A DNA stretch of 64,000 bases from Basidiobolus meristosporus CBS 931.73 (Eukaryota; Fungi; Basidiobolomycota). Position numbers and translations under genes: made by a program. The notes under the pieces were generated by a model, which was not told where the DNA came from, made no database searches, and saw only the letters and a list, made by a program, of their open reading frames with translations. The stretch's first letter is position 1; each line of letters opens with the position of its first letter. The DNA lies in contig MCFE01000510.1 in the NCBI GenBank assembly GCA_002104905.1, positions 844 through 64,843 on the forward strand, given 5' to 3'. This document shows, in pieces, positions 13,501 to 25,240 of the stretch.

Positions 13501-15394
13501 CTGGATCCCAAGATTTTCTGAGATAGCAGAACCAATTCACCAACTACAGAGAAAGAACACCCCACTTATCTGGGGAGAAGAGCAAGAAGAAGCCATGCAA
13601 CTACTGAAAGAGGCCTTAGTATCTCCACCAGTTCTAAGACCTCTTGACTATCAAAACACTGAATGCCCACCTATTTTGACAGTGGATGCAAGCCCCATAG
13701 GAGCTGGAGCACTACTTGGACAAGATGATGAAGATGGCAACCACTATGCCTGCAGATATGATAGCTGCCTATTCTCTCCTAGAGAACAAAGATACTGACA
13801 GATTAAGAGAGAACTACTAGGAGTTGTGAAGATGCTGAGGAAACTGAAGTCACAACTCTACATGACACATTTTATCCTGGAGACAGATGCCAAGCCACTT
13901 ATAGGAATGATCAACAAGCCTGACCTACCTGATGATGCCACAAACCAATGGATGGCATGGCTGAAAATGTTTGACTTTGAGGTCAAACATATCCCTGGCA
14001 AGACAAATGTTGTGGCTGATGCACTCTCCAGGAAGGGACCACAATTATTTGAAGACTTGGACCCTCACTTTGATGATATTATTGATGCAGAGATCTGACA
14101 GATTGCCATCAAAGACCAAGAGAGAACTACCTGGAGTCTGATCAAGGAATATCTAAGGACACTTAAGAAACCTAGTTGGATGGAAATTCAGGAGTTTAGA
14201 AAACTCAGGAAGAAGGCACATCACTACTATCTTAAAGATGATCTTCTCTTTAAGCAAGTGAAGCCTGGACTTATGCCAAGAAGAGTAGTCACTACCCCTC
14301 AAGAGCAACTGAACATCATGACAAGTATCCACCAAGGAGAACCAGGAGGACATAGAGGACAAGAAGCCACCTACAATACCACAGCTCAGAGGTACAACTG
14401 GAAAAACATGTACTATGATATCCAGCACTTTGTTGAGTCATGTGTAGCCTGCCAGAAGAGATCCTCCAAGCATTATGAAGAACCACTGCATCCTACTTAC
14501 ACAATCTGTCTATGGCAAAAGGTTGGTATTGACCTTGTCCACATGCCAACAGCTGGATCAAAAAAGTACCTGATTGTTGCTAGAGATGACCTTAGTGGAT
14601 GGGCAGAGGCTCAAGCCTTGCCCAACAACTAGAGCCATATCATATGGAGATTTATACTCGAAGACATCATCTGTAGATTTGGCTGCATCTGACAGTTTGT
14701 TGCTGACAGAGGAGAGATGACATCCCAAATGATCCAGGAGTTGTGCTCAAAGTACAAGATACACATTGCTTTTACAACAGCTTACCACCCTCAAGCCAAT
14801 GGAATGACAGAGAGAGGATATGGACCATTGGTGAACTCTCTTGTCAAGACCCGTGAGAATAGCACAACACTGTGGCCACAGCAATTACATCTAGCACTCT
14901 GGGCAGATAGAATTACTACCAAGAGAACAACTGGATTATTGCCATTCAAGCTACTCTATGGACATGACTGCATACTACCAGTTGAGTTAAACACAGTCAC
15001 TTGGAACTCATTGAATTGGAGATCCAATATGCAGACTGAAGACCTCCTTGCAACTTGCATACAGCAACTTGATCACCATGACTTGAATATCAGCAGAGCT
15101 GCTGAACAACTTGAGGATACACAACTAAAGAACAAGGTGCCCTTTGACAAATCACACCCAATAAGACCAAAACCACTATCACTAGGAGACCCAGTACTAC
15201 TCTATGATTCCACCTTGGACAAATAATGGAGTCAGAAGTTTGACAACAAGTGAACTGGCCCCTACCTCATTTCCAAGGTGATTGGAAATGGAAGTTATTA
15301 CATATCTGAGCTTGACAACACCCAGTTGAGAGCACCAGTTGCTGGAAACCAACTTAAGTTATTCAAGCATAGGAATTTTGCACATCAAGATTAG
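10539..15394 (+). pseudogene. Gypsy gag-pol with premature stops and a frameshift
   Basis: Gag zinc knuckle CIWCDSTQHARQEC, protease HIDSGSE, RT FVDD, RNase H VDAS..GA.L.Q and ETDAKPL, integrase HHCC (H..H..C..C) and GPY motif. Gag, PR and RT share one frame, with a frameshift near 13240. Confidence 0.95.
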
Positions 15395-15415
15395 TTTGCT
15401 TTGACCCAAGTTCAA

Positions 15416-15433
15416 AGCTGAGAGGGGGGTGGA
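15416..15433 (+). promoter_or_regulatory. Polypurine tract
   Basis: AAGCTGAGAGGGGGGTGGA-type purine run immediately before the 3' LTR. Confidence 0.8.
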
Positions 15434-18400
15434 TGTAGTGGGGTGACAGTGACACCCACTGACAGATGTGCTCATTCCCTTATTTTCTACTTCCCTATAT
15501 CTCTACTACTCTTATTTTAGTTTTATCCCATTTGTCTTACCCAATCAGTACTATCCCATAAGCCGGTTGACTATCACACCTGCTTACCTTATTGCATAAG
15601 TTACCCCTCACTTTATGTAAGATTACTAGCTATAAGTACTTCTATATTAGGCAAGTACCCGCACCAGTACCCATGACACATGATCAACCCATGTCACCAT
15701 CCCTACCATTTCCATACCATATATGGTATCCCCATGTTACACAGGTTACTGAATACTGAATCCTGATTGGTTGGATGTGCTGTGCCTCTTAGAACCTTCC
15801 GGCACCTACTTAGAACATTCTTAGTTCATTCTGATGTCATTAAGATTTCTATTGATATCTGGAACCTTCTGGAACACTATGATTTGTAATCACTTAGCCA
15901 GTAAGAAAAGTATATAAGGGAGGCTATCCCTCAACAATAAGTCATCATCCCTTTTATCAATATACCAACTTGTTGATCAGTGTGATTACTGCTACCTGCT
16001 GCTACCTGAACTTCCAACCCCAGACCACAGGACACTCCCATGAAACCATGCTGACAGCCAACTGACCTTGGAGGCACTACTTGTGAGGAATACTCAGAGT
16101 AGGTATCTCTTATTATATTTGATTCTTTCCCAAGTTTGTTCTTGTACAGGCAAATATACTTTTCTGTCTTTGTAACTATTGACCACAGCTGCATTCTTAT
16201 CAAGTCCCTGCTGGTGGAGCTTACAGTTGTTTTGACTTTGGAAGCTTTAGTACATTGTCATCTCAAAGGACGCTGAACCAAGCACATACTTTTGTTAAGA
16301 CGCCAACTAAGTTGGGGATTGTAGCTCAGTAGTTTTCCCTTGACAAGCTTGTGGCTTTATTCCCCTTCACATTAGATTAGAGACAGAGCCCAAGTATTCC
16401 TAGCAAGCTTTTGCCAGAGGTTATTGCACCCAGTGAACACCCCACACACAAAACACTTGAGAAGTGTTGGATGTATATCTCCCTTGGACCTATACACCAC
16501 CACAGCGTTCAGCTTTATGTTTGTAGTATAGCCACTCAAATCCTTTCACAAATCCTTGCACAACAGCTGTAGATGTGTCAAGTTGGCATTAGTGATCTGC
16601 TTCTGGATAAATCTTCCTACAATGTCCACATATGACTCCCAATGCTTCCAATGTACTCTTGGTAGGAATTGCTTCCAAACACCACTTGAATAAATACATA
16701 TCCAGTTCATCCAGTCTTTGCATTTGTATTGTTGCATATGTGTATGAATATTAGTTGGAGCCTGTAATAAGTACTTAGGGTAGCGGATATTCTGGAATAT
16801 CATGCCAATTTTTCAAATTTCTCCGGTCTCTCAAAGGGCTCATTTAGCCTGAAATGCCCCATGTACAACTTGGTCATCAGTATAGGGATATTGTTGAAAA
16901 GCAAATGCATTGCTCCCAGTGGAAAGCTTTTGCTCCAACTGATACCCTTTATCTTAAGTATCTCCGGTTTCCAATCAATTCCATATTCCAGCTGATGGCT
17001 TATAGCTTGCCAACTTTGCTGCAATTGCATGCTTGCTTCTGTATGTTCCCTTTGTGGAAAGATGGTGTTCTTAGTGCTGGTGTTTGGGTAATTAAAATGT
17101 GTGTGAGTAATGGAGTAAATTCCCTGGATCTCACACATTCAACAGCAAAACAATCCATTGTGCCTAGAAAAACCTGCTATCTTACTGATGGCTGGGGTAT
17201 CTCCAATGCAGATAATAATATGCGCTTTTACATGACAGCCATTTACCATTATCCTGCTGGAAAGCATACAAAAATCATTGAGCAATGGATACAGGTAGCT
17301 ATCCAGGTTGGACGGTGATTTAGGCCCAGATACCAGTCAGACTACCATCAAATTATTGCTCTGATACCGTAAGATGGGTGGCAGATTCAGATTGATGAGA
17401 ATCAGTGGCCAGCAGGATTTGCTGGTAGAGTACTTGTTTAATGAGAATCCATCATGTGCTAAAGCAAAGACATGGTCATACATACCTTCAAAGTAGCCCT
17501 TGCTTCTTAGCTGTTTGTAATGTTTGCCATCAAATATATTGGATATGTTTGCGCTTGATTGATACTGAGTGTGGTATTGTATAGCTTTGCAATATTTGTC
17601 GGACTGCATCAGCTTACTCAGATGGGGTATGACTGGAATATATCCCAAGTGTGAACAATGTTTTCCCTCAATGGTGGTTGACTCCTGATAATTTGGACAC
17701 ATTGCAATGGTAGCATTTTTGGATGTGAATGCCATGTAACTGTTAACACATGCTGGAATCAGGACAGTCTCTGGATCATATGTTGCTAGCCGCATGATGG
17801 TTGTCCACTTGTACCATATACATGGTAAGTTGCATCCCGGTATGATTTTGGCAAGAAGTATTAATAAATCCTCAAAGCCCCCATTACTGATATTAGTGGA
17901 AATGTTCCACTTCTCTAGCCACAACATTGCATCATTCACCAGTAGATGGATATTTGGGCTCACTTGGCTCCATAAAGTATCCTTGGCATTTGTTTTGACA
18001 GGTGTTGTCTCATTGCATATAGGGATTTGACTGGGCTCATACATGGTACTGTTATTAGGGGAGATAGGCTCAAAATCCATCAGTGAACCTTCTTCATCAG
18101 AGCTATCACTCTGCATGCCATATTGAGAAGGCTGAGGTGAGCCTAAAGGCATCACAAACTCACCTGACTCAGTTTGCGCAAGGTGACAAAGATGGCCAGG
18201 TGCTGATATAGAAGTATTGACTGGCCTGCAAGATAATGTTAGTACAGTAGTGACCAATGATTGGTGAAATATGACTTGGGTAGCAAAACACTGGCCATTA
18301 TCCATGTAATACTTCCTAAGCTATCTGCATGCTTCATGGCTGAGAGGCTTGCCACAATAGCCACATGGTCTTTTTTCACTTCTCTTACGGCATTGAGTCA

Positions 18401-18730
18401 AAGTAGTCTTGTCCATGGGGCAAGCAGTTTGATCTTCAACAAGGTAACAGTATTATATTACTTTTTGGTCAATACTCATGTGAATTGAAGACAGTCTTGT
18501 ATCTCAGACATTGCACCTACATGAATGTAAGATTCAATGATGACCCACCATAGTAAGCATTATAAATAAAGTTGTGGCACCACATACACACATATATGTA
18601 ACACTATTTCCCCTTTGGTTTGACTCACTTCCATATAACAAGTGGGGCTACATCTAAAAAAGGCCCTGTGGACAGTGTGCCCATTGAAGGTAATAATGCG
18701 GACTCCTCAGGCTCTCAGTCAAGTAGGTAA

Positions 18731-20593
18731 TTGAGCACATCTGCGGAGCTGCAAGCTGACTATTATGCTCAGGCAGATGAGAATGTAACAAACGTAGTAC
18801 CCTCAGTTGAAGATCAGCAAGTGGCCATGATAACATCACCACCACCCATATTAGCAAGTATGTTGTCAGCTCATACCAAAGCATTAATGAAGCAATTAGG
18901 TGCAGTGGCTGATAGAATAGATGCAATGGCCCAGAAAAATCAGGAAGTGGTCCAGAAACAGGATGAGCATGTAATATGTGTAGAGCAATCAATATCCCAG
19001 GTAGAGAAGGCAGTATCTTTGCTGCAAAGAAGGAACTCAAGTAGCTCAATGTCACAGCCAAGAATTGAGCCATTTCCTGATGTAACAGCAGAGGGACATC
19101 ATACAGTCTTTGAAGCACAACAACAGTGCCCAAAGGTAAAGCCCACAGAGAAACCTATCATAGCATGGAAGGGAGACAATGTGGTGTTTATACCAAAGCC
19201 TAAAAGTCAAAAGACATTGAAGATCTGTGAAGCTGTTGAGTGCAATAATGAAGAGTGGGCTAATTTACAAGAGGCTGTCAGAAGTCTAGCATGCCATCAC
19301 CTTAAGGCTGGCACACCATGGGACCATCAGGAACTCAAGGCCAAGCAGAATGCACTTGACTTGTTTCATGAGCATTTTCCTGGATTCAGACAGGCAAATG
19401 GATTTTGGGCCAGCATTGGTATGCTAAGAAAGTATCTTAAGAATAGCAGAAACTATCAAAAACAGAAGAACAAGGGTGCCATGGCTAAACACCAGCGTCT
19501 TCCTCAAGAGCCTGTTACAAGCAGGGCCAAAAGCTCCAGACAAGCATCAAAGAGATGTTAGGCAGCTGGAAGAGTGCCAATTAAGGGCAAGCAGGTAGAC
19601 ATGGATGCACCAGCACAACATTTATCAAGAAAAACAAGTAGTACCACTCAAAAAGCACCCAGTCAAAGTATCCGTGAAGGACCTGGCAGTGATAAAAACC
19701 AGCCGCCTTTACAGGAGCCCGTCGCAACTACGGTTGAGAGCTCAAAACAAGTTGAAAAGTAACGTCAGGTTGCCAGAAGAGTGCCAGCAAGGGACAAGCA
19801 GGCCAAAACAGATGCATCAGAGCAGAATTTATCCAGGAGAAAACGTAGTTCTTTACAAGAAGCACTCAGACAAAGTAGCATTGAAAGACCTGGCAGTGCT
19901 AAAGGAAAAGGTAAAGGGAAAAATGTCTACCCCAGCCTGAGACAGGGAGGCATGCAAAAAAAACTGGAGCTCTTGCCAATTAATGCCGCAAGCCAGGAAC
20001 AGACTGAATCCCATCATAGCCAAGAAGAATTACCAAAAAGAAAACAGCTGTTCTCACAAGAGTTGGAAGTGCAGCCAGTTGAGCTACACTCCAGCAAGGT
20101 AGATGAGTTTGCTGAAAAAGGCAATTTGTTTACCACAGCCTCCATTGTTGACAGAGTGGAGATCCCCCTGACAGACAAGGTTACAATGTCAAGAGCTGGA
20201 AAGACTATCACAATGCCTTCAGTGGAGTTTTGGAACATTAATAGGTGCACCAAGCGGTTGTAGCACTTCTTTAAGTGCAGTGCTCAAGAAAATGCCCTGA
20301 AATATTGCAAGGATTTATTGCAAAGACTGGCAGATGAGGGGCTAGACCTTGCAGTGCCAGCTGAAGATCAGGACATGTGGGAACCAGTGAATGAACAGTG
20401 GCATAAAGCCGTTGGGCTCCTGCCAAAGTCATGGAACCAGAGCATTACAGCAGAAATACTTATTGAGTGGTGGATTTTAATGGAGTTACTTGTTGAGTGT
20501 GGGGTTGAGCTTAATGTTAGTGTAGGGTATAGAGACTTGAATAGGTCAATGCAATTGGCAATTGAGGTACAACTGAAGTTTCAATGGAAATAA
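18731..20593 (+). pseudogene. CACTA accessory gene, divergent from the transposase
   Basis: In-frame segments 18731..19561, 19574..19762, 19781..20263 and 20318..20593 are separated by stops. The motif FPGF..ANGFWASIGMLRKYLKNSR is present, along with an internal ~207-bp duplication (~19530-19735 vs ~19740-19945). Confidence 0.7.
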
Positions 20594-22030
20594 ATCAATT
20601 TGTACACATGAAAAGTAAGAGAAATGGTTAAGTCAGGAAGTAAGGAGTGTGAAAAAGAGGCAATAGCCAATCAATTCACACAAATGTAGGAGGCAATAGA
20701 GTGTCCAGGATCAGAAAGTGAGCAAACTGGCAGGGAACCAATCAAAAGCCACTTATACACTGTTGTGATGAACAATTTGACAAAGTTTTTTGTGAAATCT
20801 GGGGTGTGATTATTTTTCAACAGTCTCTGGACAGTGTCCTGACAAGATCAGTACCTTTTAGTCATGGGACATTAGTTTTGTGACGGCCTTTTGACGGGAT
20901 CATCTCAATAATTTTTCATAAGGACACCTTCAAGTCCATCAGGGATGCAAGGAGGTGGCACATGGAGGATAGCCAGGAACAGTTGGAAAGTATTGCAGAC
21001 AGATATGCACATGGATACATCTATGCCTTTGGCATTAACAAGTTAAGCAGCTCCAATGCAAGGGAGATACCAAATTACTTTTCATAGGGTCATGCAGAGC
21101 CTGGGATTGCAAGAGAGATTCTCATTTGCTGTCTGTGAGTGTCCAAAAAAGATATGGTGACTCTAGCTTCTACTATAAGCTAGACAGAGCAAATTCAACT
21201 CTATTGGCTTTAAGTGTGGATGAACTTGTTGTAGCCACTAATAACCAAAAACTTTTGGGAGTGACTAAATCCAGCCTATCCAAGGGGCTCAGAATGTCCT
21301 AAATAGCAGAGCTCAGTTACAACTTAGGGATACAGCTCTCCATAGATAGATATACTCTGGTCATTACCTTGAGAGAGTCCAAGTATATTCAAGATTTAAT
21401 TTAGACAACTAGATCAAAAACTGCAATCCAACAGCTGCCCAGTACAGCTAATCCTCAATTGGATCAGAATTCAACCATATTAAGTAAGATTAGTGCCCTC
21501 TGAATGCTCAGACTTTGCTTGCCAATATATAGCTAGCAGCATGATATATATTATGCTAGGAGCACATTCAGATGTCTCCCATTTGTTTGGAGCTTTTAGC
21601 CAGCAAAATTGGCACAATGAATCTAATCATATTGCAGCAATTAAGTGAATATATGGATACCTAAAAGGAACTGCTAATATCTGCTTCAAGTTCACCTATC
21701 AGAATAAAGAATAGGATTTTTTGCAATTCTCTGATGCTGATTGAGGACAAATTTGGAAGACAGCAGATCTAACACAAGATATACCTTTCTTCACTGTAAA
21801 GAAGCTATTCTAAGGAATTCATGAAAGCAACCCCCTATAGTACTTCCCATTGCAGTGGCAGAGTAGATTGCAGTCTGCAAGGCTAGAAAAGATGCAATGT
21901 GGCTAAGAAAGCTTTATAAAAACTTTGGCCTATGCCAAGAGCCCCTACAACACTATTACAAGAAAATCATGGATGTATAAAATTGGATACATATCCAGCT
22001 TATGATACTGGATCTAAGCACATAGAAATT

Positions 22031-22348
22031 CCCTATGAAAAATTGCAAACTTGGAATTCATCTGGTGTTCAGCTGGTATTCAGCTGGTATTATAATGGCA
22101 TTTTGCTGGCATTCAGCTGGTGTATTTGGTTCAAATTTCAAATGCAATTTTTGATGAGAGTAATAGGCAGCAAGTTACCAACTATGGTATGAATGGTTGT
22201 TGGCCTAGTCTCCACCTGGAGAACCTGTTTACTTGCCGGCCCATTAGCTAACAGCAGAGATATTGATTTTGTCAATTTTGAGAAACTTGGAATTTAGCTG
22301 CTATTAGGATGGTAGTTTGCTGGCCTTTTCCTAATTTTTTTCCTAGGG
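22031..22348. mobile_element. Non-autonomous CACTA-family MITE (318 bp)
   Basis: TIRs CCCTATGAAAAA / TTTTTCCTAGGG with a perfect 3-bp TSD ATT (22028-30, 22349-51). Removing it restores the Copia RNase H sequence. Confidence 0.9.
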
Positions 22349-22647
22349 ATTGGGCATCATTTGATATAGGAAGCTATAGAGAACAATGCAGTTAGCTTGA
22401 TTTACTGTCCTACTGATGAAATGATTACAAAAGATATATCAAATCATTGGCTAGAAACAAGCTTGAATACCCTAGATCACAGTTAAGACTAGATGATATG
22501 AGCATTTGGTGGAACATAAGTGTTATAAGTTTTGTTATTATACCTGGACACTCTCCTAAGATAGTCACATGTATTCTAACCAGCAAATCTTAAAGAACTC
22601 TGACCAAATTCATACTTAGGATTTACTATGAATATTTCACCAAAAAC

Positions 22648-22995
22648 TGTTGTAGAAATTTGCAATTCCACCTAAATATTCACCTAACTTAGCCACTTAA
22701 ATCACTACCTAAGAATCTTAGAGAACACTGGCAAAATTCCTTGACAGGATATGCTTAGAATATTTTCACCAAAATATCAGGTTCCCAGCATATGAAAATC
22801 CACAAAGCTGTCTAAACCGCCCCAAACTTTGCACACATGTTCTTGAGCCTTCCTAAGCCTATTCTATGTGTTTGTTATGCCAAGACCATGTAAAAGTATA
22901 AAGACTACCTTTACATTCAATGAGCCATTAAATGAAAACCACATAATCTACTTGTTCGCCCAATCACTTCCAATATCTCCAATACTCTTACAACA
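22648..22995 (+). mobile_element. Solo Copia LTR (348 bp) inserted inside an older LTR of the same family
   Basis: TGTTGTA...TTACAACA termini, flanks AAAAC/AAAGC (4/5 TSD match). The host LTR continues on both sides (22521-22647 and 22996-23217). Confidence 0.75.
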
Positions 22996-24241
22996 AAAGC
23001 CAGGTACCCAAAACATGAAAATTTTCTAGATAGCCCAAACACCCTCAAACTTGGCACACATCATACTGAGGCCTTACTGAGCATATTTGTATGTCTGCTC
23101 TGGCTGGACCATGTAAAAGTATAAAAATCACTTTTACTTTCAATAAATCATTAAGTGAGAACCATAAAATATATATGTTTCCCATTCATTTCCAATATCT
23201 CTAAGTCTCTCACAACAGAAAGGAGATACTCTGACTACAAAGTCTTTTAATTGGTCTAAAATTATCTTGAACATCATTTTCTCACTGTAAATTACGGTAG
23301 TCCAAGACATAATCAATTAAGCAAAAACCCTATCAGTAGAGCTGGAACAGATAATATATTTCTGCTCCAATGCATCAGGGATGCTGTAAACAGCAATGTT
23401 GCATTGCAGCTTAGTGAGCAATTGAGAAGATGACCAATTATGGTATTAGAGTATTAGCCAAGATATATGTAAACACTGATGACCACATTTGAATTTGGAC
23501 ACAATTTGGCTAGGTAAGTGTGTTGCAAATATTGCACTTGCAACACAGAGTTTGTATTAGCTTAGTCATTTAAGTCTTTTCTCATCAGTGTCATTATTTC
23601 CTACACAAATACTTTGTTGCACTTGTGTACTGAATTATCAGATCCTATATACCTGACATTTTGCTATAGATATTGAGCTAGGTACCTTTAATAGATGTAA
23701 GGCTATCAATATTTGGAGAGAGATCTTTGAGCACAGTAAGCAGGGTACTGGGTCACATCAAAATACATAGAAAGCTAGATGACTTCTAGTAATTTCAACA
23801 ATACATGAGCATTTAAGGGCACATCTCATCATGTCCCTAGGCTCATGCTAGCTATTGAGCCTGAATTTGCACCAGCAAATGGTTACCAATCGAGGCGTTA
23901 TCCGGCAGGATTTGCTAATGGGGAGGTATATTGAGCTCGTGTAGGAAGCACCAGTCTGACTGATAGATTACTCAGTGAAGTATTTAAAGATGTGATTAGC
24001 AAGGTTGTAACTCTGACATTGGCAATCTTTGGGCCTATTATCTACACCACCTCAAACAGCCATCTCATCATACCAAAGCTAATAAAGCCCATCATCACAG
24101 GAGACAATTGGCCAAGATTCAGAAGCAGAAACATGCAGCCTACCGATTCGAATTTTGAGGTTCACTTATAAATCTTTATTTAATGAATGATGTAAGGATT
24201 TCGTCATGAAGCGTTCAAGTTCGACTCCTTTGAATGAGTCC

Positions 24242-24704
24242 CTATTCTAATGCATTGTACCAGCCGGATTCCAGAACCTTCTCCGCTTCCGCGTCCACCT
24301 TGAAATACGCATAGTCATGGCGACCTCTCCAGTGGTAAATCAAGTAGTAGCTTGAATTTGAGGGAGCCGAGGTGACTCCATCCGAGAGTGCTGGACCGGG
24401 CATGGTGAGCGGGGAGATGCCTTCCTGTGGGTTGAGTGTAGGCGATAGTTCATCGGGTTTTCCCAAATGAAGAATTACTTCGCTAGCGGGGGTTCCGGCC
24501 TGACCGAAAGTTGTTTGCAAAGACTAAGGGGATTCAGTAAGACATAAGAAAACGATCCGCTACATCCCGACCTACCTTCATAAGCTCGTGTTTCTTTCCA
24601 TTGTGTGAATCCACTTCAGGTATCCATTCCTCCCCGCCGCTGAAGTGGCTGGGGATGGCTCGCAGCGCTTGGAACTCCTCTGCCATCTGTTTGATATCGG
24701 ACAT
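24242..24704 (-). CDS. 136-aa conserved-looking protein of unknown function (2 exons)
   Basis: Exons 24704-24576 and 24523-24242 are joined by a 52-nt GT-AG intron. Product: MSDIKQMAEEFQALR...KHELMKSLQ...LGKPD...YLIYHWRGRHDYAYFKV...SGWYNALE. Confidence 0.85.
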
Positions 24705-25240
24705 CGCTACTACAACTAGCACAAAGAAGAATACGAAACGGAGCAGTTTGGTGTGTGTGTCGGGCTCAGAGGGAAACTGTAGCAATCAACCGATTCCCAC
24801 CACATTTTATATCCATGCCAACTCCAGTTACGCATGCTCGCATTCATGACGTATCAGGAAGCAGCATTAGACTACTCTTGTTTGTGCAATTTCGCCTGAT
24901 TTCAAACCGAATTTGGGCTTAATGAAGCGGTAGTCATCATTGTACGATTTATGCAACCTGCCTAACATCATGACTAGACAAGTGTGTATGGATGACCCTG
25001 GAGATCAGGTGACCTGGCGACGGATGGGATTTGTTTTGTTTACCATCAGGCAGACTTAAATGAGCTGTGAAGGATGATTCGTCGGTGGATTGATTTGTTG
25101 ACATTCTCATGAGAGGAAAGAGCACTGTGACTGAGATTAAAAACTTTGGTTACTTTATCTCCCAAGGGTCTTCCATTTTCGTGATATAGTTTTTCATAGA
25201 GTAATTTGTCGGATTGTTTCCTACTAAAGCCCAATACACC

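Larger units (their letters stand above)
9328..16504 (+). mobile_element. Full-length Ty3/Gypsy LTR retrotransposon (inactivated)
   Basis: Two 1071-bp LTRs (9328-10398, 15434-16504; TG...CA, roughly 96-97% identical over the first ~270 bp compared), with PBS, PPT and gag-PR-RT-RH-IN order. Confidence 0.96.
8311..18305 (-). pseudogene. CACTA transposase (Transposase_21/DUF4218-type), split by the Gypsy insertion at 9328-16504
   Basis: The N-terminal part has IFDGKHYKQL..FALAHDGF..WPLILINLNLPP.LRY. Joining across the insertion gives YYKHKAER|IDLCHYCIHSLLHLAWCVENIGPCFTFWEFPMERMCG, the conserved CACTA motif. Stops and frameshifts are present. Confidence 0.9.
8068..20923. mobile_element. CMC/CACTA (EnSpm-like) DNA transposon, ~5.7 kb of its own sequence, carrying a nested full-length Gypsy
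   Basis: Left TIR CCCTATGAAAAATAATT at 8068 and right TIR AATAATTTTTCATAAGG ending 20923 match at 15/17. CCCTA fits the CMCWR terminus. A subterminal TTGTGACGG motif occurs at both ends. It contains a transposase (-) and an accessory ORF (+). No TSD. Confidence 0.8.
20990..23217 (+). mobile_element. Degenerate Ty1/Copia 3' half (RT, RNase H, 3' LTR from ~22521)
   Basis: Decayed LKQAPMQW, LALSVDELVVA and LGIQLSIDR..ITLRESKYIQ motifs. DNA is colinear with 49300-50517. Interrupted by a MITE and a solo LTR. Confidence 0.85.

Noticed and set aside
21078-21089. TTTTCATAGGG resembling the CACTA TIR
   Set aside because: It reads as Copia RT coding (F-H-R-V-M-Q-S-L-G) and has no partner TIR or TSD.
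23400-24100. Possible further CACTA transposase relic on - (ELNIPPH..DN)
   Set aside because: A single weak motif among many stops.
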